A stretch of 64,000 nt of DNA from Phoronis australis (lineage: Eukaryota > Animalia > Phoronida). Location of the stretch: contig NMRA01000246.1 in the NCBI GenBank assembly GCA_002633005.1, positions 487,856-551,855 of the forward strand, given 5' to 3'. Positions within the stretch are counted from its first letter, which is position 1, and each line of letters starts with the position of its first letter. Shown piece by piece: positions 61,101 to 64,000 of the stretch. The position numbers were made by a program, and so were the translations under genes. The notes below the pieces were generated by a model. That model searched no databases, was not told the origin of the DNA, and saw only the letters and a program-made list of their open reading frames with translations.

Positions 61101-62829
61101 ATCTTTGAAGGAACGATAATGCCGTTAATGAATTGGGTGCAGTGCTGATGCTCTTGTCTACGTAATCTTGGATTTGATCTTTAGTTATCTGAAATTGCAT
61201 TTGAAAGTCTTCGTAGTCTAAATCAAATTCGGCATTACGAAGGTCTAATGCGTCGATCTGTTTCTTTTTAAAGGTTTTCAATGCAGCATCAAATATGTGT
61301 GCAAAATACTCCATTCCATCAATGCTACAATCAGTCAGAGCTGTGTATATCTCTGCTGCCTCCAGCATGTCCTTTAATTTTCGCAGTCGTTTGCCGAAAA
61401 GTTCAAATTTTCCGAAAATGTTTCTCTCCGAGAATCCAACAGATGAGCCGTGAAAGTCAGTTGTTTTCTGTTTTGCTTCCTGGACACAAGTTTGGTAATG
61501 ATTGTACAAGTCGGTACATGCTTTGATTTTTTCAAGGATTTCATGAATGGGTTGATCCCACACCGAAACGTTTGCTTCACCCTTCAGAAAATCTTTGCAA
61601 GATTCGACAATTTGGTTAGTAACCTTAATAAATAAAGAAGCCATGCGCTCTGATGTGTGATAGAATCTTGAGTTGCGCTGAATCATGTTGATTGCGTGCA
61701 CAAGAGATGGTAGTCCTTTAGCTATAATTTTCGGATCGGATTTGTATAGAGGTTCACAGAATCTGTCAAGCGTGTACAGATATTTAACGTTGTCTTTTGC
61801 CTCGTTTCCCGCCTCTGTTATTCTTCTATCGACAGCTTGCCATTTTCTTAACACTCGAGATTTGGCAATGTTTAGAATATTAATTGCCATTTTGCAGTCG
61901 TGGCCTTTGATTTGGTCAACTATGAAGTTAAAAGAAGCAGTTAATCTTCTCCAATGTTCCAGTTCACACATAGGACTGCTGTAGTCATTTTCCCTTCTCA
62001 TGCGTCTACACGTTGCTAAGATCTGCTCAATCTGAATGCACCAGCTGTCAACCAAGTCTTCAACGATGGCTAGCTTTTCAGGTGATCCGGCAATCTCAGC
62101 GCAGTGTGCGGGCGTCATGACCTTGGTCAAATTAAGGTTAACTCTACCTTCGAGCTTTATTGTGCCTTCCATGCTGGCATGTGCCTTGTCCAGATAGTCA
62201 AGGAACGAATCAATTTCTTCAATTAAGCTCTGTTTTCCTTCCATGCAATTTATATGAATGTTACTGCCCTCGCCATCCCAATGCTGAGCTGCCGCAAGGG
62301 CTGGACGGAAGACAGTTTTTGTCACGTGGGTTAACCCGACTAACAATCCGCGCGAAGAGTCAAGTGTGCCAAAAGATATTTCTTCGACAGCGTTTGTCAG
62401 GGTAATATCGTTTTCTTTTCTTCTTTTCACAAAATACAAACACATACCCTTAAGAGGGATTGTGCCGTGGCAGTCGGTTATAAATAATCTTTCGGTCCCT
62501 AAATCGCCTTTGGATATGCGACTGCTACTTGGTCGACCTGTAGGAACCGCGTTGGCCTCTTCTGACTGCTGATAATAGAATACCAAAACTTGCTCTCCGT
62601 TGGCACTACAGAAATTTTCCAGCTTCTCGATCTGAGTGTCGGATTCACTCACGAAATCGGACACTGTTTTGACGTCTATGCGCAGGTAGGTTGCTAAATA
62701 CGTGAATAAGTGCTTGTGAATTGGAGTAATCTTCAGAGCACGAAGCTCTCGCAACTCTCTAGGGTTCGCCTGTGAAAATATAATATCACATTCTTCCTGA
62801 ACAACGGGTATTGAAAAAAGTTGCAACAT
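49123..62829 (-). CDS. Axonemal outer-arm dynein heavy chain, DNAH5/DNAH8-like (gamma-type), single-exon ORF, 4568 aa
   Basis: Uninterrupted ORF with tail, linker (NLWVYLEAIF..GDIAKKLPQEAKRF), AAA1 GPAGTGKT (57019-57042) plus CFDEFNR, AAA2 GPSGAGKS (56173-56196), AAA3 GEPGTAKT (55186-55209; the TAKT form recalled from DNAH5/8), AAA4 GVGGCGKH (54109-54132), stalk/MTBD (KPPHLIMRIMDC..PKPSW), AAA5/6 and C-terminal WIMRGVAALC. Confidence 0.95.
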   Translation of the reverse strand: MLQLFSIPVVQEECDIIFSQANPRELRELRALKITPIHKHLFTYLATYLRIDVKTVSDFVSESDTQIEKLENFCSANGEQVLVFYYQQSEEANAVPTGRPSSSRISKGDLGTERLFITDCHGTIPLKGMCLYFVKRRKENDITLTNAVEEISFGTLDSSRGLLVGLTHVTKTVFRPALAAAQHWDGEGSNIHINCMEGKQSLIEEIDSFLDYLDKAHASMEGTIKLEGRVNLNLTKVMTPAHCAEIAGSPEKLAIVEDLVDSWCIQIEQILATCRRMRRENDYSSPMCELEHWRRLTASFNFIVDQIKGHDCKMAINILNIAKSRVLRKWQAVDRRITEAGNEAKDNVKYLYTLDRFCEPLYKSDPKIIAKGLPSLVHAINMIQRNSRFYHTSERMASLFIKVTNQIVESCKDFLKGEANVSVWDQPIHEILEKIKACTDLYNHYQTCVQEAKQKTTDFHGSSVGFSERNIFGKFELFGKRLRKLKDMLEAAEIYTALTDCSIDGMEYFAHIFDAALKTFKKKQIDALDLRNAEFDLDYEDFQMQFQITKDQIQDYVDKSISTAPNSLTALSFLQRFRRLNIPSIEFEEKYVNCFQQYAREVNDISQRYEKFKDAVPTLRDMPPIAGRITWARKLYLKIREPMNIFAEMESLIKSSLGKRVVKQFNKTASALLEYEVLYHLAWANSLENIEDALNAHILVRNVDTGDLFVNFDPSLHETMRESDVMLKMGLELPEVAKVLHYNRNKYKTYVHKLELILKTYSDTVDKIPRSMLRLMKNSVEKVENIILSGVFYYTWSSINLDVFFLQADYHLTDLKELVRVVSNLKATYIDESFAFISEYLVCELPKDKPWTIEEFVKQVKKNTEKCSRAFDNRSRKVEDAANTLLRIFLKKAGVSIESNEDCLIKLSSTELDGSKSVLRREGIDFFYSLQQKNGEVILKAIKNSLEYFRRRLLFAATGRQLDDHYAQLCKPVFETDVVIDLPHVSMVPSAEEVQAVVSKAAKTIIETTKGVGMWKQLTQITSKTGDITDDSMSKSTVVNEGQTSWEQRNAKNYYKGVVENKDIGKLLQILSSSVNIYRDKVNKILKTFEIYNYLLTREKSEEIRVFMKSQPIQYEFEQKLQELDKTREEISKMPSTFIIGPFCMKTNNLKYALTTEIKQWKLAYVKALHSMYQPLVTDITKFADDQMKILSKPVQNLDDVRTVMKSLERVRGWQTDIDLKIRPIEDAYTMVTHFDIQICNEEVHKVDGLRYAVAKIVDQANNAQNVLVTLQPVLREQLIKSVEDFSKRVDEYEENYATMGPMAEAIDPQDASDRLNVFQHRFDELYQRYEANATGEELFGLQVTDYPTLTRIGKELQLQQKLYGLFNTVMRTVTNYHTVMWKEVNTEAMKEQLIEFQDRCRKLPKAVKHWQAFVELKQQIDDSAEICPLLDLMANNSLSQRHWDRLSAITGNKFDFESETFCLKDIMESNILKYKYHVEDTCISATKEHDIAIKLNLVIAEWSSQTLSFAAFKNRGEIIMKTDETSEVMAKLEDSLIILSSLKNNRYNLPFKESIQTWIQNLSMALDVLDEWMHVQNLWVYLEAIFIRGDIAKKLPQEAKRFSAIDSSWVKLMHRARQVKTVINCCVFDTTLYEHLPHMRENLEICQKSLAGYLEIKRTLFPRFSFVSDSVLLEILGHGNNPKDIQQHLCSVFTNVAFVIFHNKEADNITAVVSQEGEELTLQSGNVVAKGNVEAWLADLLTKQQRALHRVIKNAHKYISNEAGFDLPLFLQDFPSQVGILGLQFIWTRDAENAIHSSKTDKKSMSLANQKFNNVLNAIVKITSTVITSFEQKKLEAVITIHVHQRDIFESLVKLNVRSVTDFEWLKQIRFYFKDDSDDCLIAITDVFFVYQNEFLGCCDRLVITPLTDRCYITIAQALKMSMGAAPAGPAGTGKTETVKDMGKALGMYVVVFNCSDQMDFRGLGRIFKGLAMSGTWGCFDEFNRILLPVLSVAAGQIHCIMLAKRESKTEFVFTDGCSTVMNPQFGVFITMNPGYAGRQELPENLKVLFRTIAMMVPDRQIIIRVKLASCGFQENQILSQKFFTLYKLCEEQLSLQVHYDFGLRNMLSVLRTLGTQKRAYPEETEKMIVMQVLRNMNLSKLIDDDEPLFLRLIEDLFPGSPMDSKRYPSLESSVQNRIEESNLINHPPWRMKVLQLYETSLVRHGIMVLGPSGAGKSCCISCLTKSLTDMGTPHKEIRMNPKSITASQMFGRLDVASNDWTDGIFSTLWRRCLKLKKADHSWWITLDGPVDAVWIENLNSVLDDNKTLTLANGDRLPMDPNSKVIFEVHNIDNASPATVSRNGMVFMSSSVLEWKPILQGWLKTRHQREYNVLLQFFDSIFESAYYYVVKSLKPKMEILQCNYIIQACNLLQGLMPREDDLHQTITSAIMLENIAVFSLMWSLGALLEPDDRARLQQFLLDKAESISLPQIKEGESIFEYFVNCDGKWKHWSSKVTELSWSGDSLPGVSSILVPNIDNVRTNFLLDAIAKQEKPVLLIGEPGTAKTVMIRSYMSYKDSRAYFSKGVNFSSATTPLVLQRIFEGSIEKRAGTTYGPPEGRKMIMFIDDINMPNINEWGDQETNELLRQVIEDKGFYNVEKPGEFTTIVDIQIMASMIHPGGGHNDIPQRLKRHFTVINCALPSEKSIERIFSVISRLYFTERRFNKNVCDIVKQLVPMTREIVQQTKASMLPTPKNFHYIFNLRDISRIWEGMVQIGPNECPSIDILIGLWKHECTRVLADRFSSELDRKWFKRTALSIAKKYLGEHCESHFKTDTYFVDFLRDPPEDEDENSPYESWRVYEHCDIPTISRRLMFCLTQFNENVRGANLDLVFFEDCVRHIVRISRILRIRRGSALLIGVGGCGKHSIVKLASYLADYPTFQIAVSRAYTFNNFKDDIKHVYRTAGIKGRGMTFLFSEQDAKDDSFLELLNTILGSGEITTLFTKDELETIFDNLGQTVKKEKKSFSSEELYKYFIERARNNLHVVLTFSPTSDKLRKRALKFPSLISGCTIDWYHEWPRDALVSVCAQSLDSYEIDTTPQCKLKLVELMGDIHVDIRQEVRDYFDKYRRQTHVTPPLFLAFLRTYKIVYSAKHEKIAHRAQRMDTGLLKLTEASELVDNLSHELVEKEEELAASNIKADAVLKMVTSSAQAAEKVKQEVQIVKDKAQAIVDAISVEKAAAEEKLEAARPAVEAAEAALLTIKPAHVATVKKLQKPPHLIMRIMDCALLLLQKRLNKTEADPERPCPKPSWNESLKFMSSVGFMNTLLNFSKDCMNDEIVELMAPYTDMEDYTYENAKKVCGDVAGLLSWSLAMITYHSINKEVLPMKANLFIQENKLKQATSELGIAQKHLEVQEMKLAKARQVYDDAAKEKRSLINDAENCRRKMDIATKLIEGLGGEKRRWTNQSKECRDSISQLAGDAVIVSAFLSYAGPFNQEFRRLLQSKWEKRLEQLHIPFTPALNIAGSLMDKSKVVEWTSQGLPDDKHSVQNAIIVTEATRYPLIIDPQGQGKRWIKRRESSVNLITSSLNDKHFRNFLEDALSLGRPILLENVDDELDHALNNILRKNFIKIGTMNRVKIGDKECDVLPGFYLYLSTNLSNPTYSAETSAKTTIIDFTVTQQGLEEQLLSRVILAEKKDLESHRLNLLKDIAKNDKCVQDLEDNMLYKLSSTEGSLVEDESLIEVLSTTRKTAHDVHEKLVVAAETETKINDAREEFRPVAKRGSLLYFLICEMNTVNHMYQTSINQFLKLFDEALRLSRKSMVPVQRTHNIREYLTYSVYKYTCRGLYEKDKFLFQLLLALKIDMENFRISADQFDVLIHGGAGLDARVVPSKPLNWLANRTWLNIFRLAQLSGFEELINKLTANEKAWHIWAEKDAPENEILPENFDLYLDSFGKLLLIRSFCEDRTLTQARAYIENSLGSRYIDPGILDLQKTFDESSCTTPLMCLLSTGSDPSYYIQQLSKKTVLDYHAISLGQGQEILARKVMKKFMTDGGWILLQNCHLSLDFMEELHTTISEEPNINHNFRLWMTTEEHADFPIGLLQMSIRFTSEPPCGIKAGLKRTFAGITKDLLDYTNALHWRPLLYAVSFFHSAIQERRKYGPLGWNVPYEFNSADWLASVTFLQNHVDETDPRKGVSWTTVRYMIGEVQYGGRVTDNYDKRLLMTIVKIWFGEHLLKDNFCFYEGYTIPKKMDIVARVLHFIDELPAKEAPGVFGLHSNADITHQTLATAEIMNKIIDIQPKDKPTETGESRESIVYQHAEDMLSKLPSLYEMNDVSERLKTMGNTQPLVIFLKQEIDRMQKLLKAVRNTLQDLRLAIDGTAIMDSVLRDTLDNVFNSRVPATWERLSWISSSIGFWFTTLVDRNVQYQTWLAKGKPSTFWLPGFFNPQGFLTAMRQEVTRSHKGWALDNVSLQNDVIRQAKEDIREEPMEGVYVHGLYIEGASWDRKNGRLTESLPKVIYTRLPVIHIYAVNGSPARDGRTYACPLYKNRTRTDATFVTALTLRTSAPADKWIMRGVAALCSVF

Positions 62830-63828
62830 AATATTCTGCAGTTGTGTTTTACGGGAATTTTCGTTTTAATGAAATTAATCTCACGTATCTTTTGTCGTCA
62901 CATCATGAGGAAACATTGGTAAGGCGGCCAACCAGTTTCTGAAAGACGAATGTTGGCTGCACCCCTACTTCGAAATGCCAGTGCCGTAGTTTTGGTTATT
63001 CTCCGGATCCCCTTGCTCAAGCTAGCGAAATCAACTGATGGTACTTATGTTTTCATGTGCATTTACTACCTTGTTTGAAAGTTTTCATCTAATCTTATTG
63101 CTTTTTAACTTTTCCACCACAAAGAGAGGTCTGTGCTGTCGATAAACAATTAATTGACAATGGTATGTAAACATCTGTTCAAGTTTGTTATAACGTACCT
63201 GTATATGACGTGCGACCGATGGACAAATTGAGCCCAGGCGAGTGCGCTGCCGCTGATATCGTGGCGGACTGCTGGAGTTGTTTATCGCCATATGGTAGTT
63301 TCCGGCGATGCGACCTGTGCAGTGTCGAGGCATTGTTTTGGTACTGTTTTTCTATCTCGCTAAATCTCGTGGATGAATTAGAAACGTATTGCGTAGTTTC
63401 AGGTTCTAGACAGCGCCGCTCTACTGTGACGATCGGTCACCTGTAGTGAAAAAGAATCTCGTTGATGAAGTGAAGGTACAACACTGTGTTTGATTTGTTT
63501 GTCTGAAAAGATTATTTTCGATGAGATAGTTAATAATACAAAACATGTAGCCGGTAATAAAGTGATGTATAGGCACGGAATTTTATCCGTTAAGTCTTAG
63601 CAATATATCCTGGGGCGTCTAACTTTTTGTTTGTGCATGTGTGACTGCGACTCGCATAGGTTTTTTGTTAGCTAATATGTGCACTATTTCACCGTGCATC
63701 TCAGCGTTTTGAGATAAAGTAAAAGCGTTAACATTTTTTTGAGTATTTTGCTAACAAAATACAACGGCGATTTTCAAGCAGACTGTCACTTACAGAGAAA
63801 TTGCGTTATCGAAGACATGACATGACGT

Positions 63829-63930
63829 CACAAAGCCTCCTCGTCCCAATGACCTGAACTGCCGACGTCAGAGCCATGTACTTCGCTTCCGAAGTTGATA
63901 GTGCCACCATGACCTGTCTCTTTCTCCCAC
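63829..63930 (-). mobile_element. Ty1/copia retrotransposon RNase H fragment
   Basis: KRQVMVALSTSEAKYMALTSAVQ..TRRL resembles the copia RNase H motif KQxxVALSTxEAEYxAxxxAxQExxWLRxL. Confidence 0.7.
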
Positions 63931-64000
63931 TTTCTCTACAGTTTCGACTTCTTCTTCTTCTTTGTTTGACTAGTCGACCACATTTTCTTTCTGGTGACAA

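Noticed and set aside
49301-62572. Many short + strand ORFs
   Set aside because: Antisense shadows of the dynein ORF with no independent motifs.
62830-63800. RFX X-box for the ciliary dynein promoter
   Set aside because: Only weak partial matches were seen; not supportable.

Overview
Eukaryotic (metazoan, probably marine invertebrate) genomic DNA, AT-rich, with no prokaryotic features. Three protein-coding genes are supported. (1) HAUS2 (augmin subunit 2), + strand, 6 coding exons, 3284-8742, about 223 aa. (2) WASHC2/FAM21, - strand, 31 reconstructed coding exons, 46231-10639, about 1507 aa, tail-to-tail with HAUS2. (3) A full-length DNAH5/DNAH8-like (gamma-type outer-arm) axonemal dynein heavy chain encoded by one uninterrupted 13.7-kb ORF (62829-49123, - strand), most likely a giant retrogene, with a Ty1/copia RNase H remnant about 1 kb upstream. 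Introns and intergenic DNA carry TTAA-flanked Kolobok-like elements. Two of these hold convergent decayed 5' gene fragments (THAP zinc finger versus an acidic YxFEP-type N-terminus), resembling solo long direct repeats of KolobokP. There is also a Helentron/HINE-like element, several MITEs and minisatellites. Two tandem duplications copy splice sites. All gene and family names come from recalled motifs read by eye; no database search was run.
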